A stretch of DNA of 45,374 nucleotides. Origin: Asterionella formosa (Eukaryota). The stretch lies in NCBI GenBank assembly GCA_002256025.1, contig NKIB01014270.1, positions 1 to 45,374 on the forward strand, given 5' to 3'. The position numbers and the translations under genes were made by a program. The notes under the pieces are model-generated. The model did no database searches, was not told the origin of the DNA, and worked only from the letters and a program-made list of their open reading frames with translations. Shown here piece after piece: positions 33,262-44,670 of the stretch (the first letter of the stretch is position 1; every line of letters starts with the position of its first letter).

Positions 33262-33865
33262 TGTTATAGTTTTATGTTATTTTAGGAATCATCAAGAATT
33301 CGTAGCTCTGCACGTCTAGTGTGTCATAGCACACCGGCAATCTTAACGAGCTCATCCACACGAATTTACAGCATGCGGTTTATGCCTTTTGTTCTTCCTA
33401 ACATTTTGTGAGGTCATGAGCTCCGACAAGGGAGAAGATTTCTCCTTGGATGGCACGTCCATTGCAGTCAAGGCATCTCAATCAGTGGCAGCATTTGCTA
33501 CTTAATTAGATGTATGGTAAAACGTTGGTACATGTAGCAACTTTTAAGTCTTATTTATTGTGAGAATGGAAAAACTGATTATGTCATTCTGCAACCTATG
33601 AGTAAGGATAAATCATACATGTTAATCGTTTTGTTGATTCGGGGTCTCTTGCCTAGCGCTACTTGTGCTCTTCTCCTCCGATATGTACCAAGAAGCGTTG
33701 CATCAAGCTGTGTTCTCGCGAAATTTGAAATTTGCAGGAAGACAAAGAGTGATACATAACCATCCATCCCTTTTGACTTCGCCTTTTAATGTTTCAGTTT
33801 TCCTCATGCAACGATAGCACGCACTTCAATCATTCACCAACCAATCCAGTTTCTTCTCGACTCGA

Positions 33866-34999
33866 TCATTGCTCGTTCTGTTCGCATTCGCTAACGAACC
33901 TTTCACAAATGTCTAGGTCCACTCCAAGATCTACCAGCATAGCTACAACAGTCTCCCGTCCTGGAACCATTAGTGTCTTGACAGAAATTGTCTTCATATC
34001 CATTTCCTCCAAAATGTCAGCAAGATTATTGCAATTTTTAAGTGAGCAGAGAACTGATTCTACAGTCATGTCGGGTCGAGTGGTCTCCAATTGTATGCCT
34101 TCAACGGTCAGAGCTGGCAAATCTTGTTCCTTGGCAAACATGACATCAGAGCGCATGACAAACTTGCTTCCACCTACCACTTCATTGACTATTAGATGTT
34201 CATTGAGCTCGAGACCTTCGCTTGCATGGTAAAGTTCATGATTGAATACAACAAAGTGACCCCGCTGAGGTGTAATGGGAAGACTGTCACTTTGTTCAAG
34301 TGAATTGAGAAACAACGTTCGGCCCCCAGAAAATTGCGACCCCCCACCTGTATTGAGATACACTAGAATTGTCAGTTTGCTCTCCCACGTTGTTTCACAA
34401 CACTCGTCGTAATAAGTGGTGGTAGCGTCGTAGTGTGGTAAAAAAATGTCGTGATCGTGAGCATCGTATCGCAACAGACGTAGTCTAGGATTAATTGTAT
34501 AGCCTGACGACATGACAATGTTATTATCGAGGCACCATTCCTTGATAAATGGATCAAGGTGGTCATCAAATGCCTTCTTTAGCCACGTCAATACATTGAC
34601 ATCCTTGAAGACACACACTTTGTGATGGTTTGGCTTTTGTAGGTCCACGGAAGCTCCAGATGGCCCGTTCTGAGCGGACGTTACATAGGAAGGCCCATAA
34701 TGCGTACCTCCATCATTGGATGTTCTACCACCGAGTGAAATAATGTGGTTGCACTGCTGCACAGTCAATAGCGGAGATGTTGTTTGAAGGAGCAACGGGC
34801 GATGAGGGGTTTGAGGACGATGACACAAAGTTGGGGGAATGCTACGCAACGAAGTGACAGTATTCCTTGTTGGTAATGGACCAGTGTGCTTCTCGAAGGT
34901 GTGCGTTGGTGCTTCAACGTCTAAATTGAGCTTATCAACACCCAGCATTTCATACAATGCCTCATCCGCGGAGTTAATGGATAAATTCGGAGAGTCCAT
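33866..34999 (-). CDS. 2-oxoglutarate/Fe(II)-dependent oxygenase (prolyl-4-hydroxylase-like)
   Basis: Motifs NPRLRLLRY, FLPHYD (HxD), LTILVYLN, GGRTLF, FNHELYHAS (distal His) and KFVMRSDV. First ATG is at 34999; an upstream exon cannot be excluded. Confidence 0.8.
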   Translation of the reverse strand: MDSPNLSINSADEALYEMLGVDKLNLDVEAPTHTFEKHTGPLPTRNTVTSLRSIPPTLCHRPQTPHRPLLLQTTSPLLTVQQCNHIISLGGRTSNDGGTHYGPSYVTSAQNGPSGASVDLQKPNHHKVCVFKDVNVLTWLKKAFDDHLDPFIKEWCLDNNIVMSSGYTINPRLRLLRYDAHDHDIFLPHYDATTTYYDECCETTWESKLTILVYLNTGGGSQFSGGRTLFLNSLEQSDSLPITPQRGHFVVFNHELYHASEGLELNEHLIVNEVVGGSKFVMRSDVMFAKEQDLPALTVEGIQLETTRPDMTVESVLCSLKNCNNLADILEEMDMKTISVKTLMVPGRETVVAMLVDLGVDLDICERFVSECEQNEQ

Positions 35000-36007
35000 T
35001 ATGTCTAGGGGCAGATGCAAAATTGTGAAAACTAGGAATGATGACGGAATTCGTTTCGACCATCAGACATCATTTATTATTATGCGCTTTCATGGACTTG
35101 ACATGCAACCATAAAGGACTGCAACTACACGCTCTGGCTCTAAGAATGTATACAGCGAAGGTTATTTGGTATCCATATAAAATTTTATGGTCAACAATTG
35201 AGAGGAGGGTTCTGATCAGCGTTCATCACTGCTTGGGGGAGAGTCGAGTTCCTGTAGCTTTGTCGTCGGGTCTTCATTACCGGTTCAGATGTTTTAGCTA
35301 AGAAAGCAAGGCGGAACACAATACTGGTACTACACATACACAGCCAGATCATGACCAGGGTTTTTCGTATTGTTGTTTTTCAAATTGCTTATTGTTTCAC
35401 ATCCCTTGTACTTTTAACTCGTTGACTCGTATGCCGTATTGCTACATCATCCTACGACATAATAATCATTACTGTACCATACAAGTGAAATGCCAAGAAT
35501 CTGAAACATAGCATCAATGGCCATTATGAGTCACAAGGACTGTGGACTCGACTGTAGTCCAATGAGTCAAATGGTGTGGTGTTCCATATCAAGAAGCTTG
35601 CTAACGAGATTGATGTTTTAGATCAATCAGAAGAAGGTTTTAATCAACGGAAAGGGAATAAGAACAGATTCTCAAAGTGTGATGAATTAGATTGAAACTC
35701 AGTTTTAGTTTGAGCTTATAATTAAGAAACAGTGAGAATTGGCAGAGTAAGGTCAATAGCGAAAACTAGCACGAAGGCTAGCAAAAGATAACAGTACTAG
35801 TAGTACAACATGTAAGATCTACGTAAGAGGATACCTGTCAGACGGGAAGGAGTACGTGACCTTTTAACAGTGAAATACAACCGGAATTTCCAGCCAGTGT
35901 CTTTGCTGTTCGCATTTGAAGGATTACGTAGCAATATACCATCTTTCTAAGTGAGGGTCGGCTTACGCGAAAAAATGGGTTGTTATTAGCTCCATAGACT
36001 TGAACAC

Positions 36008-36127
36008 CATGTGCTCTGATTCTGTGATTAAATTATTAGCATCAAATTAAACATGTGTTTGTTAGTAGTTACATAGACGTGAACATAAATTCTGATTCTG
36101 TTATTAACGTATTAGCATTTACTTAAA
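36008..36127. repeat. Two diverged AT-rich direct repeats
   Basis: TCTGATTCTGTGATTAAATTATTAGCAT versus TCTGATTCTGTTATTAACGTATTAGCAT, about 75 bp apart. Confidence 0.7.
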
Positions 36128-36739
36128 ATATTCGAAGCTAATTTAACATACATACCGGGGTTTATTGATTGTGTACATGAACATATCGCCAAATGCCATT
36201 TTACATCGGCTGGCCACTCAAATATTTGCGTGAAACCGAATACAACTTGTCACTATCATAATTTTAACTTTAATAGAATAACTGTCATTCGGTACTCTTT
36301 CTACGGTTGGTACACTGCTTACATGGACCATACTGCTGGAAATTAAACAGTTACATTCCTCAAAACGAGCATACCGTCGTTTTCTTCCTTCCCATCATCG
36401 CCACTTTTGGGGTTGCGCATTCCATAATTCAACGCAAGTTTCCGTTCTACTGTTATATCGTAATTTGTATGTATGTTGAGAGTAGATGGTTCAAAGAAAA
36501 CTGGGTCCTCATGCATCTATTTTTTGCACGAAATAGCTATCAATGAAAATCGAAAAAGCCCCAAAACATTTTTCGAAACGTAGTTGCCAATTTTTAATTA
36601 ACAACATCTAAATTATACATGGATCTGTAGCTTATGTGATTGTGCTCATTAGGAAAATTGATCGGGAGAAAATCATAGGAGTCAAAATGGCCCTAGATAA
36701 ATTTTAACATTTGACACAATTGTTTTCGCCCAGAGGGAG

Positions 36740-37702
36740 TACCACCTTAAAACTGAGAGTCAACATTTAATAACTCCTTCTTCCGACTACAATTATCGAA
36801 TTCTCTTAAATTATGAAATTCGAAACAAGTGGGAACTTTATTGTAGTCGATAGAACGGTGATAGCTATCATTTAATCAGTTCTGAAGTATAATAAACAGT
36901 TATGTAGATCTAGGCCATTTAATTAAACCCATTTTGACTCATAACATTGTCTTTCAATATATTTTTTAAATCTAGAATACATGTAGATTCTTTACCCCAA
37001 AGCATGTTTTATTTTACTCGATTGCTACCACAAAAACTATTTTTTTTATTATTTTTGTTGATACTTATAATTACTGGTACCAGCTACCCGGCTTTAAGTG
37101 CCCATCATACTAACAGTATTATACCATACAGTATTCATCAAGAATTCGTTTGGACCTTGCATATCAATCACTTCAAGTTCTCATCTGTCCGGTGGTCCTC
37201 CCCTTCTTCAAATCACTTCACAGGTGATTGTGGTGATTTCATGAAAAAATCTTATATGTACTGTTTCAGGTAGTCACGCCGAAAGGTCGCAACTGATGTT
37301 CTTCATTTAGGTTGAGGAGTAAGCACAATGACGTCGTCATTGCATATTTTGTACCAACAAAAAATCTGTTTGTACACTAAACGAATCTATCGACAGAAAT
37401 ACTTGTTGATACCTGTATACATATATAAAAGGTGATGCCAGCTGAATGGAGTAAAAATTAATTTGGCTTTTTCATTCCATTTCTCATCGACAGCAACCTT
37501 TGGGACTAAATACGGAAGTAAAGCAAGCTAATTGACGAGTTCAAAGCACGATCATTATTGGTTAGTATATATATCGCTACAAAATTGTTTGAATAATTAT
37601 GTTTGTATCTAGCATATTTAGTCCAGAACCTGAGTTTCTTCGATTTAACATTGACTCTCAGTTCAAAATCTTCCAAACGTTGACTCTCGCTTTTAGGTGG
37701 TA
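36740..37702. mobile_element. Putative non-autonomous Tc1/mariner-type element (MITE) with terminal inverted repeats and TA flanks
   Basis: Left end TA-CCACCTTAAAACTGAGAGTCAAC (36740..36764); right end GTTGACTCTCGCTTTTAGGTGG-TA (37679..37702); an extra subterminal TTGACTCTCAGTT at 37651. The interior has no long ORF. Confidence 0.6.
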
Positions 37703-38719
37703 CCACTTATAAATGGCTTTGAGCCACATTAATTAAATTGTTTTCCAAATAATTCTAAAAAATGCTAAAATCGAACCCCACTTTCGCCCTTTGGCACAAT
37801 ATTAGTTAGTTCATTAAGCTACATCAGAATTAGTTATCTTTTTTTACTTGAACATATAATAACTGAGATAAATCCATGTTAAAAGTGACAAAACCGGTCA
37901 AAGTGGCACAAAGCCATTGATTAAAGTTTTACCATACACGTAGTTATTTTCATAGGTAATAGTTAGAAAATGTTATATTGTTTGCATGCTTTTCGCAGTA
38001 GTTGCATTGTATTTATACTGGTGGTGTTCCCATTTTCTCTTGTCGGTTCCATCAAAGACTCTTTGCAATGTTTTCGCAGGAGTTGTTACATCGCTCATTC
38101 TTAGACTGGTGGTCCTCCTTTTCATTTCTTGCCACCTAATCGACAACAAAACTGGTCGATTAGAAAAAATCTATGTATACACTGTGATTATTATATTGTT
38201 TAGTGGCTCAAAGCCATTCGACGTGGCCCGAAGCCATTTTTTACTGGTGCCATACAGCGCATACTTTTCCAGGTATGGTACCAGGAACCTGGTGGTACAT
38301 GGTACAACTGGTTCTCTACCAGTTACTGGTGACAGTATCTATTTAGCATTGTGTATCATGTGGACAACGTCTAAGTCTATAACTTATTGATGACATAAAT
38401 ACTGTACACAGCTTTTGGGTGGTTAGTTGTGTCATTTTGTGTGTTTTGTTTACCCAGCAGTCTCCTTGTCAATGAATACTCATCTTCATTGACAAGGACA
38501 ACGTCGCCTGTTCAAATCTTATTTCCTTATCACTCTTATGGACAACACAAAACACACTGGTGTTCAAAGGGAATATCTTGCCGGCTGAGTTATTACTGCT
38601 GTGCAACAGGCGCAACAGTTGTATCAGACACAACAGGCAGCGCAAGTGCCGCCAAAACTCACAATTTCCGACTTTCTTTCTTCCCTTAGTCTTTCGTTGT
38701 TGATGCAGCACAGTTGTAT

Positions 38720-39750
38720 GACATGTCCTCCATGTCTTCTTCTATGTCAGACCAATCTCCGTAGATGCTGACTGTCCCAGCTGAGCCTACTGAAAATTAT
38801 TTCATTGAAAACTAAAATTTGGATAGAAATGATAATGACTACTATTCATTGACGGAAAAACGTGTTCACTTCCTTGGTGGATACTACATTGCCCCTGAAC
38901 ATTGGCTTGCCTGCAAAGCTGTTTTGTTCTTTCATGCTGGCTCGAAAACCAGCAAGCTTGCATCTATGAACAAAATAGCAAAAGAAATGGTTTGGCTATT
39001 GCATATTAGCAGGCAATTGCAGTATGGGACTCTATGCATTTTTCGGTTGAGTCCCGGAAATATTTTGCATGCTCCTTCAAAAAATGGATGAACTAATGAC
39101 CTCTGAAGCGATACTATTTGGATTCAAGAGGCAAGATGAGGTGTGCTATTATCAATTTTTTGCCAGTTAACTTTTTGTAAGAAGAGTGGCAAGGGATCCC
39201 ATGACACATGTAATGACATGTTGATTAAAGAGTTCAGAAGGGAATTGGCCTTGAACAGCAAGTCGAGCCTCACCCCTCAGGAAATCGAAAATGAGCATCC
39301 TCCCCAATTCTGGGAATAAAAGAAGCGCCCATTGTATTTTGCATTGACATTTAAATTTTTTCGCAGGGACCCACAGTTGACACCAAATGTTGCAGAGGTG
39401 CTTGGCGATGCAGCAACATTCCACTATCTCAAGCAGCTTGAAAGCGTCAAGATCAAAAACAACTCCAGCAGAAATTTGAAAATGATTGTGTGGATTGCAA
39501 ATCTAGGAAAGTCAAGCATGAAAATACATTGAGAAAAAAAGCATGTGGGAAAAGCTACATACAGCGAAGCATTGGAGGAGACTGCTAATGTGTTGTGTTG
39601 ACAGGGCCAGCTGGGTGACCTGGAGAAAACCTTGAACCTGTTGGATAGAATGAAGCCAACAATTAATGATTCGGACTATACTTCTTGAGTGCGAGCTGCA
39701 TTCAAAGCAATACCAAGCCCACAAACATATAAGGCAGATTTTGAAGTGAT
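38720..39750 (+). pseudogene. Frameshifted coding remnant, possibly the accessory ORF of the adjacent Harbinger element
   Basis: Protein-like pieces in shifting frames (YYIAPEHWLACKAVLFF, PLKRYYLDSRGKMR, DMLIKEFRRELAL, FALTFKFFRRDPQL), convergent with the transposase remnant. The identity is inferred from position only. Confidence 0.3.
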
Positions 39751-39779
39751 AATTGTAAATGATGGGTACCAAGAGAATA

Positions 39780-40560
39780 GGTCACAGATTATCGAAGTCT
39801 GGGATCCTAAGGTTGCTGATGAAGGGTAAGGTAATAAGATATTAATCCTAGTTTATAAATAGTTATGATATATAAACTCAATCAACTGGACCAACACATT
39901 CAGGGAGTCCCATGTCACTGTACTATTCATTGAACACAGAACTGCATTGTTCATCATCACATGGCATGTAGATAAAGTCATGCTGAAGTGATGCCATCTT
40001 CTCTGTCCAATTGATAAAGAATGAGCGATGTGGTTCTTCACTCAAATTTTTGTTCATACTGACAACAAAATGAGTAGCAGCTGTCCCAAGTGTAAATAGA
40101 GCGAGCTCCAAGTAATTTAAGCTCCAATTCGCCCACTGGAAGGCCACAACAGTCAACTTTGTTGGCCTTCCATAATAGCAACCATTTTTCAACAGCTAAA
40201 TCAAGCAACTGATCTCTGAAAACTGAATAAGGGATCCAGAACACGCGCCTGAAGAATCTATTGGCTTCTGTTCCATTTGGTTCAGTCAAATATATGGCCT
40301 TGATAGAAGGGACAAGAAAAAGCGTCCACCAGTTGCATGATTTTTTGGATTGCCTCTCGTAATAAGTTCTGTAAAACTTGTGCTTTTTGAATGTGTTGTC
40401 CTCTCCAGTAGAGATTGATGAGAGGATTATGCTGTGATCATCACTGTTGTCCTTGTCCCCCTCATGCTCATCACTTTCATGAATGATGGAAATGGCTGCA
40501 TTATAGAGATTGATGCCAATTGATTCAGCAAGCTTATTGCTTGTGCTGCTGGCTGGTGCA
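39780..40560 (-). mobile_element. Decayed N-terminal part of a PIF/Harbinger-family transposase (second family)
   Basis: Pieces NWWTLFL, EANRFFRRVFWIPYSVF, VDCCGLPVGELELKLLGA and a broken ECVGPVDxVYI equivalent to the G(F/L)PGCxGxxDxxH first-Asp motif. Several frameshifts. Confidence 0.6.
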
Positions 40561-40689
40561 AGTAGAGAAACAGATGATGGAATGGTGGGCAAGGACATGC
40601 GAAGTTTGGAGAAGAGGTAACTCAGGTAAATGCAACAATGATAACAAAGAATAACAATTGATTTCTTCTTCAGGCTGAAAGAAGACAAA

Positions 40690-41600
40690 GATGTCCTCGT
40701 CAGGATCCTCCATTTATTGGTGAGCAACCCAAATGTCATCTCAATTCTAATATTTAGTTGCAAAAGTAATAGATATTTGCATCTTTGTTTGTTGATTTTC
40801 TTTGACTTCCAACAATGGAACAGAGTACTTGGTCAGTCAATGATGTAAAAGCAGCATCACCTACTACTACAATGTATTGTCCTGGACAAAGGTTGGATGT
40901 AATCTGAAGAATGACACCGAAGTATCATAGGAAACAACAGTTACTGTGGTTGCAAACAGCTTGAACATTTAATCCAAATGACATGGCTGGTATGATGCCC
41001 AGACCAATGTGCTTGAGGGAAGCCATCACATTCCCTTTTTCTTGGTTTGGTGATTGGCTGTAAATAACCATTTTTAGCACTAATGCATGCACAAAATAAA
41101 TGATGCTCGCTTTTTCATGAAATCCATTCATCACTGCTTTTTTCTCTTTGTTTGATACAGGGAATTCAATTGACAGTGCTGGGCAAGAGTTTGCAGCATC
41201 AAGGAACATTTGACACAAACAGATGGATGAGAGACTCCATAGATGTGATGAATGGCTGTCTATGAGGTTGCTGCCTGCAAGCCAGCAAAGGCTGACGGTG
41301 AGGATCACTTTGGGATAAATATGCCGATTTGTGCCAAATAAACCGGAATTTGCATTGGATTTGACAGCATCAGCTGTGATGGAAGGTCGAAGTAGCTCCA
41401 GAAGGCGATTGAAAGCTTGTAAGGAGATGTAATATTCACGATGAAACCTCCTATTCTCATGGAGAAGCTTTGTGACATGATAATTCCAGTCCAGTTGTTG
41501 ATGCTCCCATTTTTCTGATTGCACTGTCTTTGAGTTTTGTCCGTAGGATTCCGAACATGATAAGGCAACTGCTGAAAGTAACAGAAAGCTCTGTTGGTCA
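40690..41600 (-). mobile_element. Decayed PIF/Harbinger (DDE_Tnp_4-like) transposase
   Basis: Pieces LDWNYHVTKLLHENRRFHREYYISLQAFNRLLELL, GLNVQAVC, VVGDAAF and QLNIRIEMTFGLLTNKWRIL match the canonical Harbinger DDE motifs. Frameshifted. Confidence 0.8.
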
Positions 41601-42281
41601 TGTATTTCCTCTTCTGAATCAAGAGTGCCAATGTTAGCCCAACTGTCTGCTTCTTCCTGTCATTTTTTCATTCTTGTTTGACTAATGATGATTGTCAGAC
41701 AGGTTGTGAAATTGAAGCATGCATCGCTATATTGTGCTGAAACATTGCGGAGACACGAAAAAAGTCTAACTGTTTTGGAATTATTGAAATATATTTGTGA
41801 AATGTATTTCTGTAAAGGTTCATTTTTTCCGAAGATGCAATGAAAATTAAATTGTGCCTCTGGTATGACCTGCCTTAATGGTCGACTTGGTACAAGCCAG
41901 CACCCATTCTCCCTTCCTTCATCATGGTTGCTTCCAAACTGCAATTCCAATCTTTCCTGCCGGTTCTTTGATGGTTATACCTATATACATACATAAAGTA
42001 AGTAGACCCGAAGCAGCACATTAACTGAATTCTTAACACATATAACTTAAATAACAGCGTTGCTATTTCTATGCATTCATTATTTCACTTGCGTTTGGTC
42101 TTTGCTTTCTTTGTACACTATCTATAGTGGCGGTAATATACTTCTTCCCGTTACATTCTGCACGAAACTGAAACAGAAGGAATGCGTGATACATTAAACT
42201 TGTCCTCATCACATTCCCCAAAAACGAACTTTTTACAGCACTCAAATACACGCTGAATGATGCAAATACACCAACCGTGAA

Positions 42282-43817
42282 TTACATGGAGCATGCTTCC
42301 TTGATAATTTCTCTGACTGATGCAGTCTTGGCCACATCCTTCAGCGTCTTCATGGTGGCATAAACTGACCTGGAGAAGGTCATTTCATGATAAGGTAGGC
42401 CATTCTTCTTGCATACTTGCTTAACCATAGTTTGCACAGCACGCAAATTGTGGCGAGGGACGTACGGATAGAGGTGATGTTCCACCTGAAACTGAAGACC
42501 AATATGAACAAAGTCCATCCACTCAGGACAGCTAATGTCCATGGTGGTCTTGAGTTGAGTAATGTACCATTCGTCACTTACATCATTGTAGGCACGTCCT
42601 TTGTAGGTCTCCATGGCCCAATGAGAAATGACAATTTGAACATGAAGGACGCCTGCAATGGCATGGGAGAGAAGAACCCACATGACAGACTCGGCCCAGG
42701 AGTTCATGCACAAGGCGATGGACAAAACCCAAGTGGCGAAAAACAGGAGACAGGCGGCTTCAATTTTACGATTGTACATGGGGATACTGGTGCTGAGAAT
42801 CAAAATCCACGATTGAGCATAGAGATTGAACCTGGCAACTGCCATGAGTGGAAGGAAGAGATAGTGCTGACGGCTGACCAAGAACTGAGCCGCCTTGTCA
42901 AATGTGACCCATTTGGAATAGTACGTCGACCAGTAGGGTTCCTTGAAAACATTCTCATGCACCGCCATGATTGGCATGTGCTGAATGTCAGGGTCGTTCT
43001 CCACCGAATTGCAGGCAACGTGATGAGTGTTATGGTTGCGTTTCCACCACGCCGTTGACACTCCAAGAAAGGCACATCCAACGGTAGATCCAACAAAGTG
43101 ATCAGAATGAAAGGAGTGAGAGACGGATGAATGACCCAAGTCGTGTCCAAGTCCAGCAAGTTGCTGCCAAAAGACTCCTAAAAAGGATGCTCCGAGCATG
43201 TGAGCAGCAAATGAGGAGCATGCCAAGGAGAAGTACATGGCAGATGCAAAAAGAGCGAGCAAAAAAGAGTAAATCTTTATGTAGAAGGCATCGCTCGTCT
43301 CAAACATCCCACGACGAAGTAGTTCTTGTCGAATGGCACGAAAGTCTTCCACATGAGGATAGACAGGTAGGTCAAGGACATCACCGATCAAATATTGAGA
43401 CAGCATGTTCTTCGTAATTCTTGCTTGATGATAGTTTTCAAAGGCATCTGTGCAGTCCTTACCGGCCATGTGCATAATGACCAAGTCCCCGCCTGGATGT
43501 TTACTGACAAAGGATGTGACATCGTAGACACGCGAGTTGACGATGATCCAAACTTCATCCTTCGTGTTTCTCTGACTCACTTCTTCGACAGTGAGTTGGC
43601 GCAGCACTTTGTGCTTTCCAACTGGTTCTGGATATAGAGGGACCAAGACGGTCTTACCGCGATCTTCGCGAAAGATCATCTTCTTGTCTTCATTTCGAGG
43701 TAGAGCTTTGGTGCCGTTGACCTTCTCGAGGGGGAAGGCAACTGCTCCGAGTTCCTCCATCTCGACGAGCGCCTTGACGGACTTCGGCGATTCGCAACGA
43801 ACGATTTTGATGGCCAT
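42282..43817 (-). CDS. Cytochrome b5-fusion front-end desaturase, most like sphingolipid delta-8 desaturase
   Basis: b5 domain VYDVTSFVSKHPGG; His boxes HDLGH, HNTHH and QVEHH. WWKRNHNTHHVACNS..DPDIQH resembles plant SLD-type enzymes. First ATG is at 43817. Confidence 0.88.
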   Translation of the reverse strand: MAIKIVRCESPKSVKALVEMEELGAVAFPLEKVNGTKALPRNEDKKMIFREDRGKTVLVPLYPEPVGKHKVLRQLTVEEVSQRNTKDEVWIIVNSRVYDVTSFVSKHPGGDLVIMHMAGKDCTDAFENYHQARITKNMLSQYLIGDVLDLPVYPHVEDFRAIRQELLRRGMFETSDAFYIKIYSFLLALFASAMYFSLACSSFAAHMLGASFLGVFWQQLAGLGHDLGHSSVSHSFHSDHFVGSTVGCAFLGVSTAWWKRNHNTHHVACNSVENDPDIQHMPIMAVHENVFKEPYWSTYYSKWVTFDKAAQFLVSRQHYLFLPLMAVARFNLYAQSWILILSTSIPMYNRKIEAACLLFFATWVLSIALCMNSWAESVMWVLLSHAIAGVLHVQIVISHWAMETYKGRAYNDVSDEWYITQLKTTMDISCPEWMDFVHIGLQFQVEHHLYPYVPRHNLRAVQTMVKQVCKKNGLPYHEMTFSRSVYATMKTLKDVAKTASVREIIKEACSM

Positions 43818-44124
43818 GATGTGCAATTGGGGGTAAGGGAAGAACTAAGTAGGACAGGGAAGAGAGCACCGGTAAACTAGTCTGTGTATAATTATTGTGC
43901 TATCAGGCAATGTATATGATAGAGTAGGGTTGGTCGAGTAAGGAGCAACGGCCGCAATGCGAATCTTTGCCACGAGTGTAAATGAAGTGTGTTCAGCATA
44001 ATGAAATCCAGCAATGTTCACGAACAAAAATGCCGACTACCGTAGCGAGGTACTGCTTGCTTTCCTGTGGTACATGTGCATTTAAAATTCGATTCGGCAT
44101 ACGTGCAGTCATCGCATACCGACA

Positions 44125-44670
44125 GTTGGTTACCCCGGTACCTGGTACCAGGTACAACTCCGTTTGTACATAAACTATCAAATGTACTGGGCAGGAGTAA
44201 AATACCGGGTAATAAACATACGCACTTACATTATGTACTTAATGATTCATAAGGGTCATGTAAGGTTCGGGCGTGGGTTCACAGTACCCTTGTACCTAAG
44301 TCGTGTATGCCGGAACATAATCATGATACCACGGTCCCCCGGGTACAACCTGGTACTACGGCAATTACCACTTGGTATTTTGATTGCAGGTACCGGTAAT
44401 TGAACAGACCGGGTGGCGTACCTGGTAGGAGTACCAGATCTGCCAGCAACCTAAACGCCGCTTTTGTCCTGGTACTTGACTCAGCCATCTGCTCGTTTCG
44501 TCGTCCTCATCTATTTTTCATCGCTTTTTAACACCAGGTACCTGGGTACCGGTAGCCAAATCTGTGTTCAGGAAGTTAGTCTACCTGGTACCAGGTAGGA
44601 GTACTCCGTACCAGGTAGCGGGTACAGGGTACCAGGTAGTTTAGTTTGGTACCAGCACAGGTACCAGGTA
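44125..44670. repeat. Cluster of CCAGGTA/GGTACC short repeats upstream of the desaturase
   Basis: For example CCGGTACCTGGTACCAGGTAC at about 44135 and CCTGGTACCAGGTAG at about 44584, with further copies up to about 44670. Confidence 0.85.

Noticed and set aside
40038..40763. 241-aa ORF as a functional gene
   Set aside because: Chimera of two transposase remnants, with no complete DDE triad.
42417..43058. 213-aa plus-strand ORF
   Set aside because: Antisense shadow of the desaturase.
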